A stretch of 64,000 nucleotides of DNA, taken from Haplodiscus bocki. Lineage: Eukaryota. The DNA lies in contig OZ296654.1 of NCBI GenBank assembly GCA_965655095.1, positions 70,184,001 through 70,248,000 on the forward strand, written 5' to 3'. Made by a program: the position numbers and the translations under genes. A model generated the notes under the pieces. That model was given only the letters and a program-made list of their open reading frames with translations, did no database searches and had not been told where the DNA came from. Shown here in pieces: positions 11,801 through 26,169 of this stretch (the stretch's first letter is position 1; each line of letters starts with the position of its first letter).

Positions 11801-14168
11801 TTCTCGAAAATGAGTTTCCAATTGCTGCCAAAAAACTTGACGTTGTACAGGAAATAGCAAAAAGTTGTGCACAACTCGCACTTTTTCGAAACGCTGAAAG
11901 AAGCAGCCCTCATTTGAAAAAACACAGAATTTGAATTTTTGATACAAATTCGGAACCTCGGAAAAAAATCACTGAGAGGGAACTCATAAGTGAAAGTTCA
12001 AGTTCCAAATTTTTTTGAAAGCAAGAAACAGATCCCCATCAATTGAGAAAATAACATTTTTTCTCGAAAAAAGAAGAAAAATTGAAAAAAGAGGAAAATT
12101 GAGTGCAAACAAAATTCGGACAAAGGCAGTGGTAGTAAGCAAACTCACATGGCTGCCGTTATTAACCAATTGCCCAAATGTTATGTTGAGTGTACTGGAG
12201 TTGTAGTTAAACTACATAATAAAAAAAATTGTTGATAATGTTCCTTTTAGCTAATACTACTAAACGGCGGGTGCGGCCATACGTCTGCGTTAATGTGTAA
12301 AAAGTCTCAGAAGCTAACATTGATTTTAGTTTTGTAAGTTGGCCTAACAAAGTTGCCGTAATATTAGTCGCAAGGACTTGGTGAGCGAAAGAAAGGTAAG
12401 CGAAAATAAATTAAATATTTTGTGAAAATACAGAAATGGCAAGGAGCTTAACAAATGAAAATGTGCAAAAATTAAGGTAGAATTTCGAAAAAGTGAAAGT
12501 AATAGGGGCAAGATTCGAACAGTCCATGTTTATACAACCCAATAGCAATTCTTCAAATATAAATCCAGTTTATGAAGAGCCTCTGTAACTTATCAATTGT
12601 ATATTATCAAACTTCTGTAGTTTTTTTCGTCCGGAAACATAACACCGATTTGTATTACATCAGCATCTGTAATTTACTCCCAAAAACTGACGCAAGCGAC
12701 GCACCGTAGACATTTCTTTGTGGTATCTATCCCCATCCAAAGACAAAAACAAAAAATAGAATAACCAAACTATCACAGAATCGAAGTTGTTCAGAGAAAC
12801 AAAATATGTGAAAAACTAGAAGTTAAGGACATTGTTGCTCTAAATAACCAATTAAAGTGTAGTAAAAAATACAATCTTAAATTTAAATTACTCGCATGGA
12901 AGAGATAGGGAAGACAATTGATCTAAAAATACAAGTTTTTCAACGTCCTGAAAAGTTTTATTGACTTTGAAAGCTAGAGACAAATGATGTTTTTAATGGC
13001 CTTCGCCAAGAACGACCAATTATAGTCGTTGATTCTTACCCAATTTTTTCATTTCGTTCATTGTGTGTTCATCTTTATGTCGTACTTAATTGAGTTTAAC
13101 CAAGACTTAGGTCACATGTGGTGAAGCAGTCAACCAAGTCACTTTTCTTCGGTCCAGTTCAATCAAGCAGCGACTGGAGTCGAGCAATGTTAGAGAAAGG
13201 TATCAAAAGTTTTGTCTGAGACTTTGGTAACTTGTATAGAGAAGTTAACCAAGTCAAGTCTCATACTTTCCTCGGAGGTCAAGTCTAATCTATTGACAAG
13301 GGTTCTTCATGCATAATAATTTTAGTTTAAGTCTCACGTTTTAATTTTAAATCTAAAACTCTGGTAACATGCGTGAAGCAGTTATTTAGCTCAGATCTCT
13401 TAGTGTCCTTTCCTGTCAAGTGTGATCCACCGACCAGGAATGTACATTTAATTTAGTCTTTTTCTTGAAGAATCAATACTTGCAAAATAGAGCAACCGAG
13501 CGAGAGAACTTAAGCTTCCCATTGATTCCAATCCGTGACAAAGTCTCGGATTTACAAGAAAGTTTTGAATTGTTTCAGTTTTCTAGATCTCATGTAAGAT
13601 TCAAAACCAACACGTGTTACACGGTTATTGAGCTTTAACTCTACTTTCCTTTTTTAGAGAAGGCGTTTTCTCTCTTCGCGACGTTACTGAAGGGAAATTT
13701 TTTTTTTAGTTTCAGAACATTGGAATAACCAATAGTAAAACAAATTAATGGATTTTCATTACAAAATTCCGAAAACAGGTGTTACTGATGTTTACTCTGC
13801 TAGTATTCGAAAGGAGAAAACTCACTGATACCGCTCTTGAGGTGGATGAATTTGGTCGAAGTTTGGGCTGATCAGATGTGTGTCCATCGGCTGCGAAGAA
13901 TTTTTGCTCGCTTAGAAAAGGAAAAGAGAGAATTCAAATGAGAGAAGTTAAGAATTGAGAAGGAGGTCGAAAAACTTTTTGCTTAGGGCAAGTAGGTAAG
14001 TGAAATGGAGCAATGAATAGTATAGATGTGCACTTGGTATTTAAGCTCATCTCTTCACGTTTCCTTGCATTTTAGATTGAGAAAAACCATAAGATTTATT
14101 CGGCGAGTGAATGGAGAGCAAGGAGGTTGGTTCTGCATGAAGATTTCTGCTGATAGGACGGCGTTTGT

Positions 14169-14327
14169 CTTGGAATAATTTTGGTGCGGAGCATTTTGCG
14201 GCTAAGTTAGATTTTGACTGAATTTATTTTCGATGAGGAAGATTTTACGGATAAGTCAGAAATTGACTTCCAATAATCTCGATGATGAGGATTTTGCGGC
14301 CGAATCGGAATTTGACTTGGAATAAAC
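14169..14327. repeat. Degenerate 49-bp tandem repeat (~3 copies)
   Basis: ATTTT(G/A)CGG anchors at 14193, 14242 and 14291. Confidence 0.75.
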
Positions 14328-16054
14328 TGTCCAAATAAGAAAAGAAAAACGAGAAGAAGAGAGATCGGAACTTAGAAGAAGCAGAAAGAAGAGAAGGAGA
14401 AGATTTAGTTCTTGACAGTAAGCGAGTGAAAGGAAGCATGATTTCTTCAGTCGTGCCAAAGACTCTAAAATGGCATCACGCTGCATTTGCATACCAGCAA
14501 CCCTGTCAACTACACCGACCAATAACAGTGTCAAAATATCGCAATCTCCATTTTTTTATTTTTAAGTTTTCGTCGTCAAATTGCGCATTTCCAACCTAGT
14601 AACCGTCGTTATCTCCGCAGTCATCATAATGACGGCAAAGCTTTATTCACAAACCAGGAAACTTTTTTAGTTGCCATAAAGTATTTTTTTAGTGATTTAT
14701 CACCTCTCCGTTTCCTGGGTTGCCTGGGGCTTTTGTTTGTATGCAAGTAATTATCGCAACAACCTTCGGAACTCTTGCTGGGTAATTGAACCTAATTTCT
14801 TTTGTAATCTTTGGTAGCTTGTATTTGCTGTTTAGTTAACAAATATAGAAACTACACTAATCATTTTCGATATTCATTCAAAATTCGATAAATCTTGGGC
14901 ATTTCTTTTTGAGATGAAATCTCTTGAGGTTAATTTTAACTTTTGGTAAGATTTTCTTTAATAAACTGCACCTTTCTTAAGTTGGAGCGTTAGTTCTAAC
15001 TCGATAATACTGACTTTGACTGAATTCTTCCCAGTATCATCTTGTGCGGGTTGTGATTCGTCTCACCGTTTGCCGTGTGCGTTCTTCATGACACAGTACT
15101 ACTAGTTTGATTCAGACTATAGGTTGTTCATCAAGAGGTTTTAATTAAGTTCAACTGATAGACACCCGTCTATTGCAGCTTTCTGCTCCATTGTTTACAG
15201 GAAAAATAACTAGACCAGCAATTTTCAATGAAAAGAAGAGAAGATCTAATACAAGATGAAACGTGGAATGAAATCAAGTTTTCTCTGACGATGGATTTTT
15301 TGCTCAAGAACCCCATTGTGATACCCTTTTTTGTCTTGTGCTGCTTACCATGAGCCATTGAAAGCCGGTTTCTGTTTTCGAAATCCATTTTTGGCCCCCT
15401 GGCCAGTTAAGAGCTTAAAACTCTTTCTCTTTCATTTCATTGATTTTCCATTTCATCGATTATCAAAATTGATCTATTAAAAATCCCTTATCTATAAGGT
15501 ATCAATGAACCATCGATAAAAACTAAATTGATTATTTGCTCTGAAGAGGACTGCGGGCTACCTTTCTCTAACACTGCATGAGTTTTTTTGTTGGTCACTA
15601 TTAAAACCAATATGCCTACCATTGGTCGGGATACTCACCTTGTATCATTGATAAGAATTGTTTTCTTCGGACTTACTTAGACTTATTGTAGAAAAATGTA
15701 TATTGTAAAGCGTTGCAACATGTTACGTAAGATACCTTAATGTATAATCTCTCCCCTGTAACCAGCTGGGCGTGTTTACTAGGTCCGAATGAAAATTTTG
15801 CAATTTCCAACATGATTCGATACTTCTTTTTAAATGAACACTTCGTAACTTTCAAGTTATTACTTATTTTGTCATTTTTATAGGGAGCCTGAAGTTTTTT
15901 CATATCACTCCAAGTTTCCATAGCAACAGAAAAGCAAAACAATGGCCATTTTTGCGGCAATTTTGAATAATTTATGTGGCTGAAGGAGAACAAAAACAAT
16001 CAGATTTTTTTTTAGTATGAATGGCAAATGAGAACAAGATATTGCAGTCCTTAC

Positions 16055-16294
16055 CACATTCGTAAGAGCCTTGATTGTTGTGGCATACCATGAAGTTCGT
16101 TATGTTGCAAGGGTAGTCATCCATGCTACATTCGTCAATGTCAGAACAACTGGCGTGTCCATGTGGGAGGACTTCTACAAGCACTTTGTAACCGTCGGGA
16201 CATAAGCAAGTGTAGCCCAGATTGGGTTCATTCTTGCAAACATAATCCAAAGGACTGCAGACTTCTGAAGGGTACTTTCGGCACTCGTTTACAT
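16055..16294 (-). CDS. Exon encoding Ca-binding EGF-like repeats (one complete, one partial)
   Basis: Acceptor TTTAG| (16295-6), donor |GTAAGG (16054), phase 1-1; (D)VNECRKYPSEVCSPLDYVCKNEPNLGYTCLCPDGY...CSDIDECSMDDYPCNITNFMVCHNNQGSYEC. Confidence 0.92.
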
Positions 16295-17318
16295 CTAAAG
16301 TTTAACAATTAACAATACACTGTCATTCCCGCATGAGGGAAATACTGAGATACCTACATATCCCTAAAACTACACCTATGTTCTACATGTATGAACCAAC
16401 TCTAGTATTTAGGAGTTTAATGCAAGTTTTGCAGCCAAAAAAGGTATAAAGATACCAATACAACTATTTGATATTATATCCCCTCTTCCCCCACCCCCAC
16501 CCCCCCCCCCCCATATGAAAGCTATTACATATTATATAACACGCTATGTAGTTAATAAAAAAAGTTTGGCTGAGCACTTTTTATAGTAGCAGTTACTTCA
16601 CACCAAAAACAACAGTGCAGAAATAACCAGGAACGAGAAACATATTCGCGCTAGATTCTGACTGAAGCTCAAAGGTGAAAATGCAAATTAGGACAGAAAC
16701 AGACACCGGTAAGCTTCGGCCAAAAACTTGCATCATTACAAGTGCCCTCTGTAATGCAATAACTCCACTAATTGTATTATAAATGAGTCGAGTCTACGCC
16801 ACATCGAAAAACATCTGTACTGATATCTTCACTCCACCATCCATTCTGATGGAACAAATCTGTTTCGGTAGGAAGACAAATTTACACCAAAATACAGATC
16901 TTTTAAAGTTGTCTGAAATCAAATACTGAATCACTGATGCTCACCAAACACTTCTCGATGTCTAAATCATTGAAATGACTTAATAATGCCTTAGCGAAAA
17001 TTATCGATGAAAAATTTACAAACTACATGTAAAGGCAATAACACAGAGATTTTCTGATGTTCGAGTGAAAAAAAAACTTTGGATCAATAAAAGCAGTTGT
17101 ATCAGCTCATAGGACGTTTTCCGGGGTCCAGACGGACCGGGACAGCAGAAATTACAGCCCCCAACCAAACTAGCTGATAAATCAGTTTGAAGACGTTTTT
17201 CGATGCCTGTGTGAATTGAACTATCTAAGCGATCTAACGCACAGAAAGTTTCCGAAATTTATCGTAAAATGTGCCAATTACGCTCATTTAATTTTTTAAA
17301 CCTTAAATATCACAACTA

Positions 17319-18151
17319 TGTCGTATTTATTGCATCTTTTCTTTAGATGAACGGACATTTACGCCATTTTTAATTATTTTATAAAATGACGCGAAAGCTT
17401 GGATAAAATTGGTGAAATGGAGCGCATTTGAAAGTTTCGTGGCAGATTTGCGTTTCACATTTTTTTTTCGATCAATCAACGTCAAGGGTGACGAACCAAT
17501 CAGACTTATCGGATGGTAAAATTTCCGTGTCACCATCGGTTTTCCATGAAAACTGCACCATTCAGTAACACAGAGATATCCAGAGTAAACCACAGCCAGC
17601 CACAGTTTTATCAAGAGATAAACCACAGTTTTATCAAGAGAGTATCATTTTTGCTTGAACTACTCACATCGCTATACATCCGTTAGCCTCCTGGCTGTGT
17701 AAATTCAATAGATACTACACTATAGCAACACTGCTACCAGTTGAAGAGACAAATTTGAACTTTTATCAATTTTATGATTTGTTATCCTGACTGCAGATCT
17801 CTTAAAAGTGGTAAAACTTATAGATAAAGTTCTCAAAATGTCCGTGAATACTAAAAGCAACATTGATTCATCCGAGCCATGTTTTGCCAAAAAAACAGCT
17901 AAACTATCGCTGGAGTTTCATCTGATTTGATCGAAGAGATGATCAAAGCTAATTTAGAACCTCTCAAAGCCCAAATTTCGACATTGACCCAGTTATTGAC
18001 TCAACTGATTCAGGACAACTCGGCTACGACTAACCCGACGACGGGTCCCGAACTGACTGTCCGCAAGTTTAAACTTTGCTACTTAGAGAAATTGGACCCT
18101 CCAGAACCCTGTCAGGAACAGCTATTGGAAATAGGCGACTCTCGCCTGACA
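17319..18151 (+). mobile_element. Probable solo LTR (Gypsy-like)
   Basis: Starts TGTCGTATTTATTG (like the TGTTAGTATTTATTG start of the 37728 LTR), ends CCTGACA; decayed ORF from 17838 (MSVNTKSN...IEEMIKANLEPL...). No TSD found. Confidence 0.55.
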
Positions 18152-19299
18152 TACATCAAAATTTTCTTCAATATGGAAAAATTAATTTTTCGTATTACCC
18201 CTAGAAACTCAACCGAGGCACTATCAATTTTTTTATAAAAAAGCAACCTTTTCAGTTTTCTCTAGTATTTGTTTGAAAAACCTAATTTCAGTTCCAGAAA
18301 AGAAAAAGAAAAAGTGAAGGCTCATTTAATTTATGCTAAATTGTTATGGTAGAAGTGGAAAAAAATTTAGAAAAACAAAAGCTTCCACCTTTAGGTATAT
18401 TAAGCTTTATAGGCAGAGAGAAAATGGGAAGTCGCCAGCTGGTTGTGTATTGTTGTATGGTACCATATCATATTTTGGTTTCACGTGCAGCCTGTGCAAA
18501 CGAGAAAATATGATTTACGACAATGACATTTGAGCATACCAAGTCAAGAATTACCTGATTATTGGCTGCCCGTAATGGTCACAATGGTATTGGTGGACCC
18601 CGTTGCCGTTTTTGAAAGTTCTGATTTTTTCAAAACTTTTGGTAAACCGATCTTCTTTCCGAAAAAAATCTTAAATGTGCTCTTTGATACGTTTCACGCT
18701 GCCTGGGACACTCAGTAGTTCAATATATAATTGCTATTTACCTACTGGAAAAAGATTGGTATAGGAGGTATTACGAACTTTTTCAGTATTAGCTTTCGAA
18801 AGTTTTTTGGTTTAAGCTATTTCTCGGTAGATGCGTTAGAAAGCATTTTTTTGTTAATAATGTCTTCGGAGACAAAAGGGAAATTCAGAAGAGAAAATCG
18901 CAACAACTTATAGTGTTTGAATTGAAGAAAAAAAATAGGCGCATGCAAAGGGAGATAGGGCGGAATTTTGGAAGATTTATACTGTATTACAACTTTTTTC
19001 CGATAATATTTTTCTATGGCTGTACCGAAAAGGGCATCTTGATGTTTCAAAAAATTCTGCTCTCCAAAAAATTTCGACGAAAATCCCAAAAAGGGAATCG
19101 TTTTTTTGCGAAAAAAAATTCGCCTTGCAGTTCCAGAAAAATCCATAGGATGCGATCAGATAGCGGTGCACAAAATTACAATTTTTTGATATTTATTTCT
19201 CACATGGGCCAAAAAAATGGCGTGGGGCTTGTACTGTATTGGAAATATTTTGGTTTTGACTTCATTACCAAAAAAATATGAGGCTTTGGTAGTTTTATA

Positions 19300-19472
19300 A
19301 AATGGAGACCGGTTATAACGAGCCCGGTAATAGCACAGGACCGCTTACACATCAAGCAAAAATTAATCCCAGGATTGCTAACCTATTGTGTTTTATTCCG
19401 CTTGCAACGTACACTGGTTGTAATGTCAATTTTTTCAGGTCCCAGGGGTAGCGTTTTAGCCGATTTTCACTG
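19300..19472. mobile_element. Tc1/mariner-pogo-like MITE
   Basis: TA-flanked; right end rc CAGTGAAAATCGGCTAAAACG vs left AAATGGAGACCGGTTATAACG. Confidence 0.5.
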
Positions 19473-21323
19473 TATAGTCTAAGCTGTAGGAAAAAGGCTC
19501 ATACTGAAGTTCGAACCGACTAGCTTGTTGTTTGGCAGCCTTTTTCTTCTACCCAGTTTTTGTAAAAGGAGTATAGTAAATTTTTTCCGTTATTGCTTTC
19601 CAAAAAAACATTCAATATATACAAAGGGGCGTGCACGACTAACATTTCCTGAGTTTTGGACATTTTTAAAACTATGATACAGATCGTATCAACACAACCG
19701 TCAAAACTGGCTGGTTTCAACAACTCTGTCAAATGAATGGATCAGTCCAATGTGAGTTCTGTCATCTCCCAAAAAAAGTCACTATAACAGCCGGTCTTTT
19801 CACTAAAGTAAAGTACCGACTAAAAAATCCGATGTAATGGTCAGCATTTTTCTTTGAGTTAAACGCCTACTAATGAAAACATAAACATAACTCTTGCATT
19901 GAACAGAACTATTCAGCTGGAACAATAGTCAAACTGATTTTTTCGTCAATTATGCTCGGATTGCCTGCTCTAAAAATACAAGAAAGCTTCGCATAAAAGC
20001 ATTAGCCAGAACAGCTTCACCAACAGAGACGAAACGTTTTTGTTTCTTTGATTATGTTATCTTGATGTTCCAGTAGTACCTACAGTTTGACATGGTAGGG
20101 CCTGAAGATGGTCTCAAAGTATCACCGAGTCAGTCAGTTTAGGAAGCTTTTGCAGCGGGCATGACAATTAAAACTGGACGCATATTTTAGACGCATTAAA
20201 TTGCGGCTGCCGAAGCTAACACAAATGAGGCAATATTATAATATAATCCACTTGTAGAGGCATTTTACAATTGAAATAACAAAATCTACCGATGAAAACA
20301 CAGCTGAAATAGACTATTGAAAGTAAAAACGAGCACTTCGTACAAATGTGATTTATGGCCTGATATCTTTCCGGAGCGAACTGCTGCGCTTTTAATAGCT
20401 GACGGCCGTTACGCAGCTGCATTAAAACTTTTCCAATTGAAGGAAAGAAAAATATCGGTCAGTCATAACGTTACAGTAGGCGGAAAAACTCAGATCAAAA
20501 ATGCAATTATTTTAAACCAAACCAATTCTTCCTCGCAAGCCTTTTAACGCCAAAAACTGTCCGATTGAGATGGAAGATGGCAAACACATTGTAAACATCA
20601 GTAAGTATCTAGATGCAAATTGTCATTTTCCTACGACCACTTTAGCCCTTGAATTCAAAAACATAACTTAAGCAAGTCCACCCAAACGAAAGCCGGTCAA
20701 AATACTCTATTCTGATTTGTTAGGGAGTGGAAAAGATTCATGGAGTAAATTGAAGCACTTTCAGACATTTTTTGGTCTCTTCCAATTTGACAACCCGATG
20801 TAAAAACCCTAGTTGGGCAAAAATCCATCAATTTTAATTGTTTCTACAATTTTTGCAAAAATATGGTAAAACGCTGAAAATGGCACATAGGTAGTATGAA
20901 TAGGGACAAAAATGTTATCGAAGTTTCAAATTGATCGCAATACCTTGTAGAAAATTAATACCACTTCAGAACAACTGTAACCCTGAAAATCCCAAAAGAC
21001 CCGTAAAATTCATCATGTTGTGTATCATTTGAACCAGCTGGTCCCCTTCAGACTTTTTATAACCCTTCCTACTATCCGTCAAATGTTGCTGCTTTAAAAA
21101 ACTCAGTTTTGTTTTCCAGTGATCTGTAACTGCTATGAATATGTTGATTAGCAATAAAAAATCTTCGTTCTTTCTTGCCGGAATAGAAAAAAATGTTCGT
21201 AAGGCTTTTGAAGATTCTTTTAAAAGACTCCAGTGAAAAGACTTATCACATCACGATAAAAATTTTGGGGATTGAAAGCACGTTCCGTTGACTTTAACCA
21301 AAAAAAACTATTCTGGAGGAAAA

Positions 21324-21838
21324 CTCCCGTTCGGTATTTCCGGCATTTTTTATGAGCCCACACGTTGTGGAGTGATTTCAAAAAAAACTAGTTTCAACGT
21401 TGTGTTTAAACAAATTGTAACTGTACGACTCTATGGATGGAGGTGCGTTTTAACTTGACAAACTGACAGCTGAGAATTTTTATTTTAGCAAAAAAACTGA
21501 AAAATCTTTGGGGATTGACACAAATAGAGTCATCCATGGAGGTACATGGAAACCCTCTAAAACAAACCGCAAAAGTTTTAGGTCAGCCGCAAACAAAGGA
21601 AAGCCACGAACCTCAAACTTCGTAAGCTTGTGATCGGTCCAGCGGAAATAGGAGAAAGGGCAGGCCCCAGAGACGTCGGAAAAGCAGAGTTGAGTTGATT
21701 TTCAGGAACGATCTTGACTGTGCAATAGAACGGCGATCTTAGACACTGGGACCGGATTGACTTCAAAGATTAGATGGGGCTGGTAGAATTGATTATTTGC
21801 CAAGAGGCGGGTTTTTCGGACTGGTAAGTGACCTCCAG
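21324..21838. repeat. Unclassified interspersed repeat, copy 1
   Basis: Colinear with 56939-57492 (CTCCCGTTCG, GTTGTGGAGTGATTTCAA, AACTTGACAA.CTGACAG, ATCTTAGACAC..G...CGGATTGACTT). Confidence 0.8.
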
Positions 21839-21940
21839 TGAAAATCCGGTGTTCACCTTATACAGTAAATGACAGTTTTCTTAGAAAGTCGGCATTCTGT
21901 ACCTTCAATTCCTGTGCCACGCTCTCAATTTTACAACGCG

Positions 21941-22120
21941 NNNNNNNNNNNNNNNNNNNNNNNNNNNNNNNNNNNNNNNNNNNNNNNNNNNNNNNNNNNN
22001 NNNNNNNNNNNNNNNNNNNNNNNNNNNNNNNNNNNNNNNNNNNNNNNNNNNNNNNNNNNNNNNNNNNNNNNNNNNNNNNNNNNNNNNNNNNNNNNNNNNN
22101 NNNNNNNNNNNNNNNNNNNN
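21941..22120. other. Assembly gap (180 N)
   Basis: N run. Confidence 1.
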
Positions 22121-22230
22121 AAGGTGTCAACTCCTACCTTTTGCTTCATTCCATTTTCCAATAACATTTCTGAATCTAATTGATTTCCACATCAACGAAT
22201 TTTCACAAACTGCCACAGTTTTTAGTTTTT

Positions 22231-22475
22231 GGGCGGGTGGGAGTCCCAGAGTTGATCAGCCTTGAATGGCGCTGTCTCAGAGACTTTACGTTTTTCAGCG
22301 AAGTTCAGCCTTGATACAGAGAACACACAAAATTCTAGCGTCGGTCAAAGCTGAACAGCCCTCTTTCAGCAAGAATCAGCTCTGAAACAGCGCTGTTCAG
22401 GGTTTAGTTTCTAAGCTCTGAAATCTTGGGTTTTCATCACTGAACATTACTAATCATCGCTGATTTTCTTTGATT
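22231..22475. repeat. Fragment of the CAGCGCTG MITE family
   Basis: TCCCAGAG..ATCAGC..GCGCTGT.TCAGAGA, colinear with 6014-6060 and 7109-7170. Confidence 0.55.
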
Positions 22476-25400
22476 TGGTTCTGGTATGCACACGTGCAAA
22501 TGAGAACACCAAATTGTGATAACATTGTCATCATCATTGGAGAACATCTACACTAGCTTTAAACCAAGGATTTGTTCAAAATAGTTGAATTGAGACAAGC
22601 ACCTACCATATTGCCTCAAATTCAACCTATTGATAAAACAATCATGTATTTTGAGGCCCATGTTTTAAGAAATATGCACAACCTATTAGGGAAAAAAGAG
22701 CATATGATTTCCAAACCATCTCCTTTTCGAAATACTGATATGTCAAAAATGACTTTTTGCGACGCTGCCGTTCAGCTTTAAGAATATTGTTTGAGAAACC
22801 TCCACCTATTAGCATGTTAGAAAGCGTAACTAAACAAAAACCTTCGGAGCGTTTCAAGGAAGATACTTTTCTACCGTTCCTGCATTTTCACTAGACATCA
22901 TAACGACTAAAAACGAAACTTTTGAAGAATGTAACAAACTGGGGCAATAGCTTGTTGAACATTTAAAAATAAAATTTTGCCGGAATGTGAATGCAGTTAC
23001 GGTGAAAAAATTAAAACTGCGACAAACGAAAACAGAAACAAGTACGTTGATTGATGATAAATTTGTATTATTAGTTGCATACGATCAGCGAAAGTTTATG
23101 AAAATCTGAAGACATTATTTGCATTGTTGACCTTTCATTTCAACATGATGCAATCATCAAGATTTCAGGAAGCAGAAATTGAACCGCGGTATTTATTCTA
23201 TCTTAAACTAACAAAGAAAAAAAGGAAAAAATTGACAACTGGCAACTTTAGAACCACCACATCCCAAAGACAGGAGACTCGATGAGATATTGAAAAAAAA
23301 ACGAGGCAAGTCCAGACATGATCAAAGAAACAAAGTTTTCACTGAAACTATCCTGGAATAAACTTGTAAAAAGTGAGAACAACAGAGAATTCAAAGCTAA
23401 TAAACGCACAACAATTCCGTAAAAACGTTATTTTATCATCAACCGATCAAAAACTCCCGAAAAAGCTGATTTGGGAAAAAACATTGACAAATTAGAAAAC
23501 AACTGCATCAATTCAACGAGACACATATGTTTATCAGGAGGGCTTAGGAAATACCGAACAAAAAATGGTAGAATATTCTGAGAAAACCAAACGTATAATA
23601 AGGACAGAAGGAAGACAAAAGATGTGATAGAAGTATTCAAAAAACACTTTGGTTGAACAGAAATAACTTAATCGAATAAGATATGCAAACCTTCCGTCAT
23701 GACAGTGAGGATAAATGCGGAGAAAAACAAATATCCCACAGGATGCCGCATTTCCTGTCACATGGACACTACCAAATCAAGAAACCTACCATGAAAACAA
23801 AACACAACCAAGTGAAGGTAGAGTTCAAGATTTAAAGGCCATTCAGTGAAGTTGAAGGCAAATTTGTTTGTGAAAGTTGGATACAGCTGCTCAAAAAATG
23901 AAATGCCGCTTTCTTTAAGGAGTCAAAAAATATTACACTGTGCTTGGTCTCAAAATGATTAGAAAACTAACAATAAGGAGTAACCGCAGTGATTTGGCAA
24001 AATGCAACGTCGAACCGTCAGGAACAAAAATCATAATTGACTAAAAAAACACTCATCTGAGAAACTGTCGCGGACACAGACATTAACAGCACGAAAAATG
24101 TTTGGCCAAAGACAGATTACATCAAGTGCCGGAAAATTGCCACATAACACCAAAGAACCCAAAATACGGTGGAGAGTTCGGCTACTGGAGGACAAATTTG
24201 TTGTTCTGAGAAAAATTTTAAAAACAAACATTATGGACACTAAGATCACGAAAAAGTTACAAGAAGTAGATTTTTTTTCGGCAGCCCTGAAGTAAAAAGT
24301 GGAACAGAGAAAAAGCGCAAGCCAAAAATGGTGCTCAAAAGACCTCATGTAACAATTCGAAAAGCCAAAGTCCTAGAACATACTAAAGTACACAACTCGA
24401 TATAAAATGTCCCGTTGACGAAATTCAGAGTAATGTCTCTGTTAGCATCTTTATTTCGGAAAGAAAAACTGAAAATAGACTCATCCATATAGTGGTAAAA
24501 AATGTCCTAAACGCTTTGTTGCTGAAACTGAAAGGAGAACCCAATTTGAAACATTTCAAAGAGAGATTCGAAAATTATAGCGATTATAAAAAAAAAAGAA
24601 TCAAATGATTGAAAAAATGAATTTTTTTCACTTTCTTTATAAAAACAAAAAACGTCAAAGCGCTTACGGAACTGTGAACAACAAAACTGGCACTATAAAA
24701 TCATCCAACCTGTGAGCACTTTGATTAAATCTAATTTTGGAGAAAAACGTGGAAAAAGGAAAGTGTCAACCGTGCATGGAAAATTTTGCGCTTCACAACA
24801 CCTAACGGCCCCATTAGAACAACGTGTGAGGTTACTTTTAGTCGGGAACTGATCTCTGAGTATTATTGCTGTAACATGGCAACTCAAAATACTGGAATTA
24901 AACAATTCAATGTCACTATGGTGTCTGTCAATCTACATTACCCGGAGAAAAACACGGTGTTATCGCATCGTCATGGCCAAGAAGAACACCGGCTGTTTGC
25001 GCAGCGGATGCTTTCTTAGCCGCACAAGTCAGCAAGTTCGATGAGTGGAAGAGATAGAAGCAATAACGCCTGCTCTTTTTCGGAAGAATCTATAAAACAC
25101 CAGCTTCAGGCAGCAAACTTTCAGGGAAAGTAGCCCTATTGGATAAACGACATGTGGTACAAGAACGAAACAAACTTTTAAACTAAAATCCAACTTGAAA
25201 AATCTACAGAAATAGGCAAACAGAAGAGATGAAGACCAGCACCGAAGATAAACCGGGAACAACCAAAGACTCGAAAAACAATATTTCTGCCAAAAAAAAA
25301 ACAAAATCACTACGGGACAGCAACGGACAATTCGGGCACATCAAACAGTGGCGTGACATTCAAGTACCAGCGTCCATGATTTCGATTTTTACCATAAATC

Positions 25401-26169
25401 AAACGGGATGCCGGTCCAAACCGATCCGTCAGATGAGGTACTATTGCGCACAAAATCGACAGAAACAAGTGGAATAAAATCCCCACTAGCAAGCAAAGCA
25501 AATCAAAATGTTAATCAATACGGGAAGTACCGATTTAACAATTTTCGCAAGATCACTCACTGCCTATCAGAAAGACAACTGTTTGCAAATCCACCATGTT
25601 GCCACGGAGCGATACTTTGCCATTTAACTAGTTTTTGGTTTCTCTTACACATGCTATCAGTTTGAAATTGCGGACACAGAGCAGTGGGAACTGAACTAAA
25701 CTGAGAGGAAACAAAATGCAGGTGCTCCTATGAAGTTTTGAGAATCCTCATTCAAAAAGAGTGTAATGACTTTCAAGACACTAACACTGTCAAGACAAAC
25801 TTTTCTAAACAATCAAATCACTTGGTGATGCTTTTGTATCATTCATTTTTATAGGATCACTGAATCGTTACGTAGTATAACATAAAGTACTTCTATCATT
25901 GAACTCGGTTTCTAACTGTGTAAAACAAAACATAGTTTTCTCAAACTTGCTGAAAGCTAACAACTTTCCTTACATCTGAGTTTGACAGTCTATTGACAAC
26001 TTCTTGCAACAAAATACAGTTAAATTGGCAAGTTTCTCGTACTACCCCGTCGACATCTAAGTATTTCATGTGTTCGCCTCAACCACAGACTCGACAAAAT
26101 ATGAAGTGAAATGTTTTTATGAAGAACTATAAACCATTCTAGCACACCAAAAAAACCGTGAAATGTTCA

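Noticed and set aside
15639-15671. Possible phase-1 mini-exon (VRRKQFLSMIQ) with a GTGAGT donor
   Set aside because: Poor acceptor (AAG, no pyrimidine tract) and it does not supply the missing EGF cysteines.
21838-22183. ORF-track entries spanning N runs (also 30371-30685)
   Set aside because: Artefacts of assembly gaps.
23450-25450. Very old Gypsy pol/integrase remnant (HP...W...KCQPC near 24700-24780)
   Set aside because: Too decayed; no catalytic motif could be confirmed by eye.
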